NCBI GenBank assembly: GCA_044347345.1
Contig: JBIKUX010000036.1
Location: 1-16,435 of the forward strand
From: Bdellovibrionota bacterium
GTDB lineage: Bacteria > Bdellovibrionota_C > UBA2361 > JBIKUX01
Direction: 5' to 3'
DNA: 16,435 nucleotides
The notes beneath the pieces are model-generated. The model saw only the letters and a list, made by a program, of their open reading frames with translations, was not told where the DNA came from and made no database searches. The position numbers and the translations under genes were made by a program. Numbering within the stretch: the first letter of the stretch is position 1; the number at the start of each line of letters is the position of its first letter. Shown piece after piece: positions 7,050 through 16,419 of the stretch.

Positions 7050-7490
7050 TTACTTTTTAATCACATATACGGTTGGGTTTTGGGCGGCATGGGGATGCTC
7101 AGCACCTCTAAACACCTTTAGCTTTTTCGCTAAACGATGCCCCATTACACCACCTGGAAGCATACCGATAACTGCGTGCTCTATTACTAACTCCGGCTTT
7201 CTCTGTAACCGTTGAGCCGCTTGCTCAGATTTAATGCCGCCAATATAACCAGAGTGGTGATAATAAAATTTTTGCTGAGCTTTTTTCCCAGTAAAAATGG
7301 CCTTCTCGGCATTCAAAACTATAACAAAATCACCACCATCAGCATGAGGGGTAAATTGGGGACGATGTTTACCTCGAATCAGCGATGCTACCACTGTTGC
7401 GAGCCGCCCTACCGGTAATCCCGCAGCATCTACCACTTTCCACTGTCTACCCGCATTTGCGGACTCTGTTGTCTCAAAATAAGTCTTCAT
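7050..7490 (-). CDS. rplM: 50S ribosomal protein L13 (start ATG 7490 'MKTY'; alternative GTG 7505)
   Basis: W.VVDA.G..VGRLA, GKH.P.FTPH.D.GDFVIV.NA, YYHHSGYIGG, HPH.AQ.P. Canonical rplM-rpsI order. Confidence 0.98.
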   Translation of the reverse strand: MKTYFETTESANAGRQWKVVDAAGLPVGRLATVVASLIRGKHRPQFTPHADGGDFVIVLNAEKAIFTGKKAQQKFYYHHSGYIGGIKSEQAAQRLQRKPELVIEHAVIGMLPGGVMGHRLAKKLKVFRGAEHPHAAQNPTVYVIKK

Positions 7491-7617
7491 GAATAAGCGC
7501 GCCACTCAAATAATGTCCAGAAGGAGAATATCCTATAAATTAATAACAAATCAAGATAAGGCTCTTTTTACTTTATCGGGGTATACTGAACCAATGTAAG
7601 TATCTGAAGTTTTCCCT

Positions 7618-9315
7618 ATGGCTCACTCCTTAACAATGCTTCGTATTCCTCAATACTTTAGAAACCTTCAAAGGCTTGGGGAAATTGCTCGCGTTCTGGT
7701 AAAGCATGGCTTCGGTGATGTTGTTCAAAGACTTGAGCTTCCAAACCATCTTTCAGGCCTTCGAGTATTCTTTACTCGTACATCAGACTCAGACAGTCAT
7801 CCCTATACTCCGATTGCTACTCGCCTCCGCTATGTTTGTGAAGAACTTGGACCAACCTTTATAAAACTATCACAACTTATCGCAACTCGACCTGATGTTT
7901 TTCCGACATCAATTGTTGAGGAATTTCGTAAACTTCAAGATAGTGCCCCTCCATTTCCCTTCTCTGAGGTAATATCTCGAATAGAAGAAGAATTGGGTTC
8001 ATCTCCATCAAATTTTTTTTCATCTATCGAAGAAGAGCCAATAGGAGCCGCCAGTATAGCCCAAGTACACCGTGCTACATTACTTGACGGTACAAAGGTA
8101 GTTATAAAAGTTCAACGACCAAATCTTGAAAGAATTACTGAAACAGACCTCCATATTCTCCTCGGACTAGCCTCTCTTATCGAAGAACAATTTCCCGAGA
8201 TGGCTCAATATAATCCTCGCCGTCTTATTGAAGAGTTTGCTCGCTCAGTGAGAGCAGAAAGAAATTTTTTACGCGAAGCACAAAATTTAAGACAATTTAA
8301 AGTACAGCTTACTAACGAACCTTCAATAATCGTTCCTACTTTGTACTCTAATTTCTGTACCAAAAGAATCTTAGTTCAGAGCTATCTTGAAGGTATCCGA
8401 ATCGATGAATACCACCACCTTAGCCCAGTATGGCCTGCAACAAAATTACTAGAGCAGCGAAAATTATTAACTGCCTTAAACAATTTAGTTCTGCGTTCAA
8501 TATTTGAAGTCGGCTTCTTTCATGGAGATCCACACCCAGGTAACGTGCTTCTTACCCGAGATGGCAAAATAGGTCTAATAGACTTTGGCTCTATGGGACG
8601 ACTCACAAAAGCGCGACAATTGCAAATTATTCAGTTTCTTCTCGCCGCATTTAACCGAGATTTAAGCTCAATAGTTCGATTATTAAAGGAAAATTTAATT
8701 ACCCCTCTAACTCTTGACGAAATATCACTTCAGACACAATTTGCTGAAGTAATTGATATGCATCTTCAACCTAATCCTTCTCAAAAAGGGATAAACATGG
8801 CGGCACTGGTGGGAGACATCTTTGAAGTGGCAAGAAGATACGGCATTAGACCTCCACCAGACCTTTTGATTGTAGGTCGCGTGTTAACTTCACTTCAAGC
8901 AATAGCATCTGCTCTGGAACCTGCGTATGACCCTATAGAAATAGTGCGTCCATACCTGATAAATCGCTATCGCCAAATGCTTTTTTCATCAGAGACATAT
9001 CTAAGACACTCTGGTGACTTGATACATAACTACCATCAGCTTGTTTATGATTTACCGCTAGACCTTACAGCAATTCTGAAACGAATTGCCAAAGGTCAAT
9101 TTTCGCTAGGGATTAAACACGATACTTTTCCCGATCTGGCTCGGCTCTACAACAGACTAGTTAATCGCATCCTTCTTACCATAATTGGAATCGTATTTTT
9201 TTTCACCGGATTAAGTTGGATTAATACTACTTCTATTAGCTACTTTTGCTTTATCATGGGTGGAGCTGCAATCGTTCGTGTTCTTATCGCAATAAGGCGC
9301 AGTGGTGGCTTATAA
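7618..9315 (+). CDS. ABC1/AarF/UbiB family atypical kinase
   Basis: ELGPTFIKLSQ (KxGQ variant), LQD..PP, AASIAQVH, VVIKVQRP, FFHGDPHPGN, IDFG, two C-terminal TM helices. Confidence 0.93.
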   Translation: MAHSLTMLRIPQYFRNLQRLGEIARVLVKHGFGDVVQRLELPNHLSGLRVFFTRTSDSDSHPYTPIATRLRYVCEELGPTFIKLSQLIATRPDVFPTSIVEEFRKLQDSAPPFPFSEVISRIEEELGSSPSNFFSSIEEEPIGAASIAQVHRATLLDGTKVVIKVQRPNLERITETDLHILLGLASLIEEQFPEMAQYNPRRLIEEFARSVRAERNFLREAQNLRQFKVQLTNEPSIIVPTLYSNFCTKRILVQSYLEGIRIDEYHHLSPVWPATKLLEQRKLLTALNNLVLRSIFEVGFFHGDPHPGNVLLTRDGKIGLIDFGSMGRLTKARQLQIIQFLLAAFNRDLSSIVRLLKENLITPLTLDEISLQTQFAEVIDMHLQPNPSQKGINMAALVGDIFEVARRYGIRPPPDLLIVGRVLTSLQAIASALEPAYDPIEIVRPYLINRYRQMLFSSETYLRHSGDLIHNYHQLVYDLPLDLTAILKRIAKGQFSLGIKHDTFPDLARLYNRLVNRILLTIIGIVFFFTGLSWINTTSISYFCFIMGGAAIVRVLIAIRRSGGL

Positions 9316-9345
9316 AAGGTGGCTTATAAAAGGTGGCTTATAAAA
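9304..9345. repeat. Perfect 3 x 14 bp tandem repeat spanning the kinase stop codon
   Basis: GGTGGCTTATAAAA at 9304, 9318 and 9332. Confidence 0.95.
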
Positions 9346-9425
9346 CTTGTTAACACTTTCTGACCTTACTAATACTGTGATAAATAAATCTGCAATATCG
9401 AGAATAATTTTGACAATTATTCTAA

Positions 9426-10916
9426 TTAACGAGCACCATTGCCGAACAAAACAGCAGGTATGGTTCTTACCATTAGGAATAAATCTTTTCTTAATGACCA
9501 GTTATCTATGTAATCTAAATCCAGAGAAACCCAAGAATCAAAATTACGAATATTATTCCTGCCACTAACTTGCCAAGTACATGTAAGACCAGGACGCATA
9601 GAGAGACGGCGCCTATCCTTTCGCTCGTAAAGGCACACTTCTCCTGGTACGGGAGGGCGAGGTCCAACTAAACTCATATCTCCCCTAAGCACATTCCAAA
9701 ATTGTGGCAATTCATCCAAACTGTACCGACGAAGTAACGAGCCAACACGAGTTATTCGTGGATCATTGTGAACCTTAAATGCTGGCCCGTCCATTTCATT
9801 TTGATTGATTAACTCACTTTTTAGCTCCTCAGCATTAATGACCATTGACCGAAATTTATACAGCGAAAAAAGTCTGCCGTTTAATCCTACTCTTTTATGC
9901 TTAAAAAAAATTGGTCTTCCGGAATCAAAATAGATCGCCATAGCTATTACAACAAATAACGGAGCTAAAATAATCAAAGCAAGCGCCGCAAAAATAACAT
10001 CAATAAAACGCTTTACTGACAGTTCCCATCTGTCACCCGGTGGCATTTGATAGTGGACTAGTGGAATCTTTCCAAGATAGCTAACATGTGATGTCGCTAT
10101 ACCCATACTAAACAAATCTGCTACTAACGTCGTACGGATACCTTGTTCAGCACATACGCCAGCCAATTTTTCGACTTCTTTCATTACCGGAATAACGTCC
10201 GTAAATACTACTTCATCTACGGCAGTTTCAGTGAGTAATTTTTGCACAGAATCTGCGCCAAAAATTATCGAAGTAAGAACATTCCCCTTAAAGCTATCTA
10301 AAAATTTTAAAAATCTTTTTCGTGCAAAAAGATTACCATCACTTAAATCTGCTACTCCTTTAATTCCAATCCCAAGCTCCGGATGAGCCCAAACTGTTTC
10401 AATAAAATTTTCAGCCTGAACTCCTATTCCACAAACAACAATTGTACGAAAATTTCGACCCTTACGACGCCAATAGCGAAGAGCCCTTAGCACCAAATAT
10501 CTCTCGGCTACAAGTAATACAGCAGAAAATCCACAAAAGAGGGTTATAACTGACCTACTAAGATCGAGCTTAAGAAGAAATATAACCGTAGCAAGCGCTA
10601 CAAACACGACGCACGAGCTAAGAAACGCTATTCTAGTAAGGCGCCCAAAAGTGCTTAAACGCATGCTTCCGTAGCCACCAAACCACTTTAAGGCAGTAAG
10701 ATAGGTTACTATCCCTACAAAAATCACCACATAGTAATCCCTAACGGCACCTAAACGTTCGCCGGTTAGGGTAAACGGTAAGGAGACTCCCGTTAGGGAT
10801 TCAAAAAAGTTCATGTTAGATCTGACAAAATACGCGGCAAAAAAAGCTATTGCTACTATTGCCCCATCCGCCAATCGTTCAACCCGCGCAATTGATCGCC
10901 AATTTTCTCTGAGCAT
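9426..10916 (-). CDS. Polyprenyl-phosphate glycosylphosphotransferase (WcaJ/CpsE/WbaP-type priming sugar transferase)
   Basis: N-terminal TM helices and a CoA-binding-like middle domain. Bac_transf motifs KRFID, FKHKRVG.NG..F..YKFRSM, DPRITRVG..LR..SLDELPQ..NVL.GDMSLVGPRP, PGLT..WQV.GR. Start placed at ATG 10916 (MLRENW); the ORF extends to 10946. Confidence 0.95.
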   Translation of the reverse strand: MLRENWRSIARVERLADGAIVAIAFFAAYFVRSNMNFFESLTGVSLPFTLTGERLGAVRDYYVVIFVGIVTYLTALKWFGGYGSMRLSTFGRLTRIAFLSSCVVFVALATVIFLLKLDLSRSVITLFCGFSAVLLVAERYLVLRALRYWRRKGRNFRTIVVCGIGVQAENFIETVWAHPELGIGIKGVADLSDGNLFARKRFLKFLDSFKGNVLTSIIFGADSVQKLLTETAVDEVVFTDVIPVMKEVEKLAGVCAEQGIRTTLVADLFSMGIATSHVSYLGKIPLVHYQMPPGDRWELSVKRFIDVIFAALALIILAPLFVVIAMAIYFDSGRPIFFKHKRVGLNGRLFSLYKFRSMVINAEELKSELINQNEMDGPAFKVHNDPRITRVGSLLRRYSLDELPQFWNVLRGDMSLVGPRPPVPGEVCLYERKDRRRLSMRPGLTCTWQVSGRNNIRNFDSWVSLDLDYIDNWSLRKDLFLMVRTIPAVLFGNGAR

Positions 10917-11144
10917 AAAAACACAGCCACAAAACATTTCAACCACTAAGCATCTAATACGATACTGTCACGAGTATCCTCTCATAGGCGAGTAGTCTAA
11001 ACACTCATCTGCTTAATCTATTAGTTTAACTCAGACCACAGAAAAAACTGTTTGAGTTGGAGGCCGCATAGCCCAAAATTAAGACTGCATTCTTTTTTAT
11101 TCCTTCGGGCATCTCAAATATGTTCACCAACTACAGGAAATTAC

Positions 11145-11453
11145 ATGAGAGCGCCCTCAGGCCAGCCCATTTTCATTCAATTTACCCATGCAAACGTTGC
11201 AGATCTCTTTTCGGAACTATTGCATTCCAGAGGAATACCAACAGAAGTCCTTAAAAACGAGGATCCAGCACCAAAAACGGGACGTCTAATCACCGAATCC
11301 CGCTACTTTGAGGGTTTAAGCGCCGATGTGCAAGAAAAATGCTTACTGGTTGGAGACCGTTCTCAAGTTAGGCGATTATCAACGCTGTATTTGGACACAC
11401 CCTTAACCGAGGCTAAAGTTGAACGAGCCCTCGGAGTATTCCTCTCTGAATAA
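11145..11453 (+). CDS. Hypothetical protein, possibly a degenerate receiver (CheY-like) domain
   Basis: AGGA RBS before ATG 11145; 102 aa with an alternating beta/alpha pattern ending YLDTPLTEAKVERAL. Confidence 0.6.
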   Translation: MRAPSGQPIFIQFTHANVADLFSELLHSRGIPTEVLKNEDPAPKTGRLITESRYFEGLSADVQEKCLLVGDRSQVRRLSTLYLDTPLTEAKVERALGVFLSE

Positions 11454-11494
11454 AATAGCTAAGGTGGCTCGGATATCTGGTTAGCCAAGCCGAA

Positions 11495-12422
11495 TGACCT
11501 ACCCCCTCAGATGTTACCAACGTGACTTAGAGTCTTCTCTTGGTTAAGTTGTTGTTTTCTCAAGTTCTCCCGATAGAGCGCTGGGGGTACCCTCAGCGAG
11601 CCGTGAGGTCGAAAATTGTTATACTCATTGCGCCAGTCAGTGTTCACCTTTTCTCTTAGCGTCCTTCTCGGAGATAAAGAGGTGCTGATTAAGAGGTTTA
11701 TCACGTAACGTATCCTGCTATTAAACGATTCGATGAACGCATTTTGCATCGGCTTTCCGGGCTAAATGAAAAACAAGAGTGATATCGTTCTTCATTATCC
11801 ATTCATGAAAATACTTCGAACCGAACTCAGAACCGTTGTCGAGTCGGAGATACTTTGGGTATCTGCGAGAGAACACTATCCGATCCAGTTTCCGCTATAA
11901 CTTTAACATTAGGAACGGAAATATGATGGTGTTGCCACAAAATTTTCTCTTGTGCACTCATCAAGAATATTCAAGAAACTGAGGGTTCTTCCACCCGTTG
12001 TAACGTCACTCATGAAGTCAGAAGCCCAGAATTCGTTCGGAGCCTCAGAAGAATAGGCAGAGCAACACTCGTAATATGAGCAGGAATCTTCTTCTTGGGC
12101 TTTCGCCGAATCGAAAACCCCTCTTCTTTATAGAGTCGCCAAATGTTCCTGAGATTAACCGCAAATCCTTTCATTCTGAGCTTACCTATCAGCATCCGGT
12201 AGCTATCGCTTCAGTACCGAAACGCCAGTTGTCGCAATTCCTCTCGAAGCTTTATATTCTCACTTTCTGACTTCTCTTACCTGAGCGTTCGACATCGATA
12301 TCTAGCGCCTTATCAACCACCAGCTCCTTCAACCGACGAGAGCCTTAAGCTTTCTTAAGTCAGAGACCTCACAGCCATCGTATTTTCTTTTCCAGTTGTA
12401 GTCGATTAAAAGGGATAGGTAA
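11495..12422 (-). mobile_element. Decayed IS3-family (IS407-like) element; transposase pseudogene with both terminal IRs
   Basis: Minus-strand fragments in different frames. OrfA: YNWKRKYDGCEVSDLRKLKAL / RRLKELVVDKALDID. OrfB: LRQLAFRY*..RLYKEEG, PNEFWASDFMSD..FLNILDECTRE, LRLDNGSEF, KPMQNAFIESFN, WRNEYNNFRPHGSL. Ends TGACCTACCCCCT (11495) and, reverse-complemented, TTACCTATCCCTT (12422). Confidence 0.92.
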
Positions 12423-12553
12423 CTTTTCCTACAATTTTGTCGTCCAATAAGCACTAGCACAACTAGTATAAAGACAAAATTTTTACATTAACTTATCTAA
12501 TAAGCTTAGGGAACAGTGCATTATTTTTAACCATAAATTAAGAATTTTAGTAC

Positions 12554-13375
12554 TTAAGCTACGGTTTTTAGCAGTGAATCTGAGTCTAAATTATTATTTG
12601 TTTGAGTAGGTAAATTATCTATTAATGAAGTGCATAAGATTTTTGGATTACTGCCGTAAAGCGCATTAACTGCCAAGCAATATTTAGAAAAGCGCTGCTG
12701 AACTAAAGAATAATTAGCAACTATATCATATAGCCATCTTGGTAGTTGATAATCAGCTTTTATCTCAAGAATTGCTTGATCCGCTGGATGTATAAATACT
12801 TCCCTTCTACTAGTATGGGCAAAGATGTCCGGGCCTCCTGTGGTAATACGCTCATCAAGGGTAATTCTCACATCAGGCTCTCTTACTCCGATTAATGTGC
12901 TTCGGATGTATCTAACGATACTAACTGGATAAAGACTAAGACGTTTATGAAGATACAAGGCCTCTTTTATCACAGGCTCATCTTCGTTGGCATTTTTAAG
13001 AAATATATCAAATGGTGTGCGATCATGGCGGTCAGATAATGAATTGTCTGGAAGAGAAATAATTTTTACCCGTTTTTTTGCCACTAATGATTTATGTTTT
13101 TCTTTAATCTCCAGAAAAATTCCGGTACAACTCCCATCAGCATTGTAAGAACGGACTCGTACTTTACGACGATATCCAAGCGATTCTTGGCGATCCCAAT
13201 AAAATCTTAAATCATTTGTATCATAATAAAGGCTAGCGACCTCATAAGAACCGCTAGCGCCTGAATGAAGATCTAAAACGCAATGACGAGATACTTCATT
13301 TAAAAATGATTTAGCTGTACTTAGGTCTACAACGTATTTTAGCTCATGACGAGCGCGCTCGGGTCGTTGCCACAC
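12554..13375 (-). CDS. VTC domain (polyphosphate polymerase-like, CYTH/TTM fold) protein
   Basis: RHELKY, SLYYDT, RRKVRVRSY, FLEIKEK, RITLD, ILEIK and FSKY motifs. Directly follows DUF4956. Confidence 0.92.
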   Translation of the reverse strand: MWQRPERARHELKYVVDLSTAKSFLNEVSRHCVLDLHSGASGSYEVASLYYDTNDLRFYWDRQESLGYRRKVRVRSYNADGSCTGIFLEIKEKHKSLVAKKRVKIISLPDNSLSDRHDRTPFDIFLKNANEDEPVIKEALYLHKRLSLYPVSIVRYIRSTLIGVREPDVRITLDERITTGGPDIFAHTSRREVFIHPADQAILEIKADYQLPRWLYDIVANYSLVQQRFSKYCLAVNALYGSNPKILCTSLIDNLPTQTNNNLDSDSLLKTVA

Positions 13376-13452
13376 GGAGTAATCTCACTTAAAAGTTAAA
13401 ATCTTATCTTAAAATATCGCAAAAACTAGCCAAACCAAGTTCAAAAATTAAC

Positions 13453-14157
13453 CTATAGGTCGATTGTATGGGCACTACCAACTATTTGTACCTTTAACCG
13501 GTCATTTACTTTGCTAAGTGCCTCTAAGAGTGGTTCCGCACCAAAATTTTCAGGTACTCGTACCGAGAACATCAACTCTACTTCCGTTCCAGCTCGACAG
13601 GCTTCAACCGACAGAAGGTGAAATGACTGTGTAAACTTCTTGAGAACATCATCGAAAATATGCTCAAAATTGCGCGTGATTGGAGCTTTTATTCTTATAA
13701 TTCTTTCAACTGATCCGAGCGAACCGAAGCGGGTTGCGGTCATAAGCATAATCGCTGAGCAAACAATTATAGTTAGAACTACAGCAACAGCATAAAACCC
13801 GGTGCCACAAGCCATACCCACGCCCATAACCAGAAAAATAAAGGCTACGTCTCTGGGGTCTTTAACGGCATTCCTAAAGCGAATTATTGACAGTGCTCCC
13901 ACCAAACTAAATGCTCGGGCAATATTGCTACCAATAATAAGCATAACAGCTCCTATAACCATGCCACATATCACCAGGGTTTGCATAAAGGCTGGCGAAT
14001 AAGATACCCCTCGGTAGCTAAATTGATAAACTTTTGAAATGATAACGCAAAGACAAAAGGATACTATGAGGCAGAGAGCCGCTTGAGATAGTGATACGGC
14101 ATAGCCGATATCTGCAAAACTGCCAAACTGTTCGGCTAATGTATTCATAAGCATCAA
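13453..14157 (-). CDS. DUF4956 membrane protein (start could be 14148)
   Basis: IGSNIARAFSLVGALSIIRFRNAVKDPRD signature, multiple TM helices, ACT-like C-terminus. Typical VTC partner. Confidence 0.92.
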   Translation of the reverse strand: MMLMNTLAEQFGSFADIGYAVSLSQAALCLIVSFCLCVIISKVYQFSYRGVSYSPAFMQTLVICGMVIGAVMLIIGSNIARAFSLVGALSIIRFRNAVKDPRDVAFIFLVMGVGMACGTGFYAVAVVLTIIVCSAIMLMTATRFGSLGSVERIIRIKAPITRNFEHIFDDVLKKFTQSFHLLSVEACRAGTEVELMFSVRVPENFGAEPLLEALSKVNDRLKVQIVGSAHTIDL

Positions 14158-14402
14158 TTCTCAAGTATGTATTAAAAAGTGTATTCAAAAGTAATGGTTA
14201 CTTACTTATAGTATCTAAAAGAGACTACTGAACGTTTTAGTGCTCATTTTTTGTTTTTCTCTAAAGTTATGCTTTGTTTTTAACCAAGCACTTATCTGAA
14301 TTTAGCAACTTTTTTTATCAGACGATGTATTTACCTCTTATCACCAACCAAAAGCTAAAGACACAGCGACTCTCAGTCAAGAGTGCATCTAATTATGTTT
14401 TG

Positions 14403-15668
14403 ATGAAAAGATTCATTCTTTTTCTGGCTTGGTTATGCGTTTTACCCGTTGATGGCTTAGGTGAGCAGCGGTTCCCCAATGCGGTTGACCAAGTAATCAA
14501 GACCTCTTTAGATACAGTAGTGAAGGGATCAGAGTTTCAATTAGGTCTGGGATCCGGACTTGAATATTCTGGTGAAGATAATGAAGGTTACCTTTTTTGG
14601 GCGATTACAGACCGTGGGCCAAACGGTAAAGGTCCTAGAATTGGAACTAGTTCTACAGCCATATTTCCACTTCCCAACTTCCAACCTAGGGCGGTGCTTG
14701 TTAGATTAAGTAGAGATTTTTCTAAGGCGTCACTAGTAAGAGAGCTACCTCTTTTTATATCTGATGGAGCCAAATCTATTCCAACGAGCGGCTTGATACC
14801 CCCGCTTTCGAAACGATATGATCGTGACGTTGGAATAACTACAAAATTAATACCTATACCAAGTGCTTTTTCAGGTATTGATCCAGAGGGTATCACTGTT
14901 GGTAGAGACGGGTATCTTTGGATAGCTGAAGAGTACTTACCCTCGGTACTTAAGGTTAGTCCTTTAGATGGTCGTATCACCGAACAATTCAAGCCAGGAT
15001 CTGGATTACCAGATATATTAAGTCAGCGTAGAAACAATAGAGGATTTGAAGGCATTACGATTACTCCTTCAGGCCAGGATTTAATAATAGCGGTGCAAAG
15101 TCCTTTAACGGGAGAGTCAAATGTAAGGTTACTTAGGTTAAATATTTCCTCTCGGAAGTCAGAGATGTTTTTTTTGCCATTATTAGGGCGCAAAAAAAAG
15201 AATTTTGAAGATATAAAAATAGGGGGTATTGCCTCTATTGATGAGAATACTTTTTTAGCGATTAAGTCTCTTACTAAACCTAAGGAAGCTCATCTAATTA
15301 AAATTGGTCTAAAAGAAGCGATACCGATATCCTCGGATATCTCGGAGGAATCTGGGAAGATTGTTAATCTTGCGCGTGTAGAGACGCTTTTCTCACTGAA
15401 GGATGTAGGATGGGATTTTGACAAGACTGAAGGGTTAGCTTTGTTGCCTGACAACCGTACGATAGTTTTGGTAGCAGATAACGATTTCGGTACTGAAGTA
15501 AGTCTTGATGTCAATCTAGAGGAAAGTCAAATAACATCAAGTGGCGACCTTATCGTTCCTCGACCTGTAATGAAAATAGCAAAGCGAAAATCCAAAACGC
15601 CTATATGGACAATTAAATTAAAGGAACCATTGGATAGGAGTTTCAAATCCGATTTAAAAAACAGGTAA
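14403..15668 (+). CDS. Secreted 'esterase-like activity of phytase' family beta-propeller protein
   Basis: WAITDRGPN, DPEGI, WIAEEY.P, RRNNRGFEGI, VQSPL, DKTEGLAL, ADNDFG. Signal-peptide-like MKRFILFLAWLCVLP at ATG 14403; the ORF is open from 14274. Confidence 0.88.
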   Translation: MKRFILFLAWLCVLPVDGLGEQRFPNAVDQVIKTSLDTVVKGSEFQLGLGSGLEYSGEDNEGYLFWAITDRGPNGKGPRIGTSSTAIFPLPNFQPRAVLVRLSRDFSKASLVRELPLFISDGAKSIPTSGLIPPLSKRYDRDVGITTKLIPIPSAFSGIDPEGITVGRDGYLWIAEEYLPSVLKVSPLDGRITEQFKPGSGLPDILSQRRNNRGFEGITITPSGQDLIIAVQSPLTGESNVRLLRLNISSRKSEMFFLPLLGRKKKNFEDIKIGGIASIDENTFLAIKSLTKPKEAHLIKIGLKEAIPISSDISEESGKIVNLARVETLFSLKDVGWDFDKTEGLALLPDNRTIVLVADNDFGTEVSLDVNLEESQITSSGDLIVPRPVMKIAKRKSKTPIWTIKLKEPLDRSFKSDLKNR

Positions 15669-15673
15669 AATAA

Positions 15674-16315
15674 ATGGATTATGATAGCTTAATTTTTGAC
15701 TTAGATGGGACGCTCTGGGATTGCTCGACATCAAGTTTAGCGGCAGCTCATCAGGTGTTTTCAACATTGGGCGTAGATAAGCAATTGAGCATAGACTTTA
15801 TTCGCCAGATTACCGGAGCACCTGAGTCTGAATTTATTGCAAAGCTAATCGAATTAGTACCAAATAATCTTCGTGAGAAGGCAGCTCACAATTACTCTAT
15901 GGAAGAAGTACGTATGGTTCGGCAGGCTGCTGAGCGAGCTTTTTTACCAGGGGTAAAGGAAGGGATTATTAAACTTCATTCTTTATATCGATTATTTGTA
16001 GTAAGTAACTGCTCTCTACCTTATCTTGATGCATTTAGGCTAGGTAGTTCTATAGGTGCCTATTTTGAGGACTTTGAGTGCTACGGCAGAACCCGATTAC
16101 CGAAGAGCGATAACTTAATTAATCTTATTAAAAGAAATAAGTTGAAGAATCCGTGTTACATAGGAGACACTGAAAGGGATGAAATAGCAGCCAAAAGTGC
16201 TAACATACCATTTTTCTTTGTAAATTATGGATTTGGCACCGTGGCAGATTTTGCAGACTCATTTAACAACTTCACCGACCTTACCAACTACTTCCTATCC
16301 CCCCCCACCCCCTAA
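15674..16315 (+). CDS. HAD-superfamily hydrolase (phosphoglycolate phosphatase-like)
   Basis: Motif I FDLDGTL, motif II VVSN, motif III K (PKS), motif IV YIGDTERD. Starts 5 nt after the upstream stop. Confidence 0.93.
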   Translation: MDYDSLIFDLDGTLWDCSTSSLAAAHQVFSTLGVDKQLSIDFIRQITGAPESEFIAKLIELVPNNLREKAAHNYSMEEVRMVRQAAERAFLPGVKEGIIKLHSLYRLFVVSNCSLPYLDAFRLGSSIGAYFEDFECYGRTRLPKSDNLINLIKRNKLKNPCYIGDTERDEIAAKSANIPFFFVNYGFGTVADFADSFNNFTDLTNYFLSPPTP

Positions 16316-16419
16316 AAATAGTGTCAGAGACGCTGTGGTGCCAGGAGCGAGGAGAATATCTAGCAACTTATTGCGAAGTCTCTCGAGTATAAGAGGAAAC
16401 ATTGTCGTTCTCATTACTC

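Noticed and set aside
6642..7418. Plus-strand ORFs 6642-6860 and 7212-7418
   Set aside because: Antisense to rpsI and rplM.
9347..10995. Plus-strand ORFs 9347-9568 and 10813-10995
   Set aside because: Largely antisense to the sugar transferase, with no RBS or motif support.
11499..11510. 12-mer CTACCCCCTCAG shared between the IS right end and repeat units 4-5; also GAGTATAAC shared between OrfB and the repeat
   Set aside because: Matches this short and low in complexity are expected by chance in 16 kb and do not extend.
12076..15514. ORFs 12076-12270, 13802-14002, 14588-14992 and 15290-15514
   Set aside because: Antisense shadows of the IS, DUF4956 and phytase-like genes.
16316..16390. glmS ribozyme-like appearance (ATAGTGTCAGA...GCGAGGAG)
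   Set aside because: It lacks the conserved AGCGCC core and the downstream consensus.
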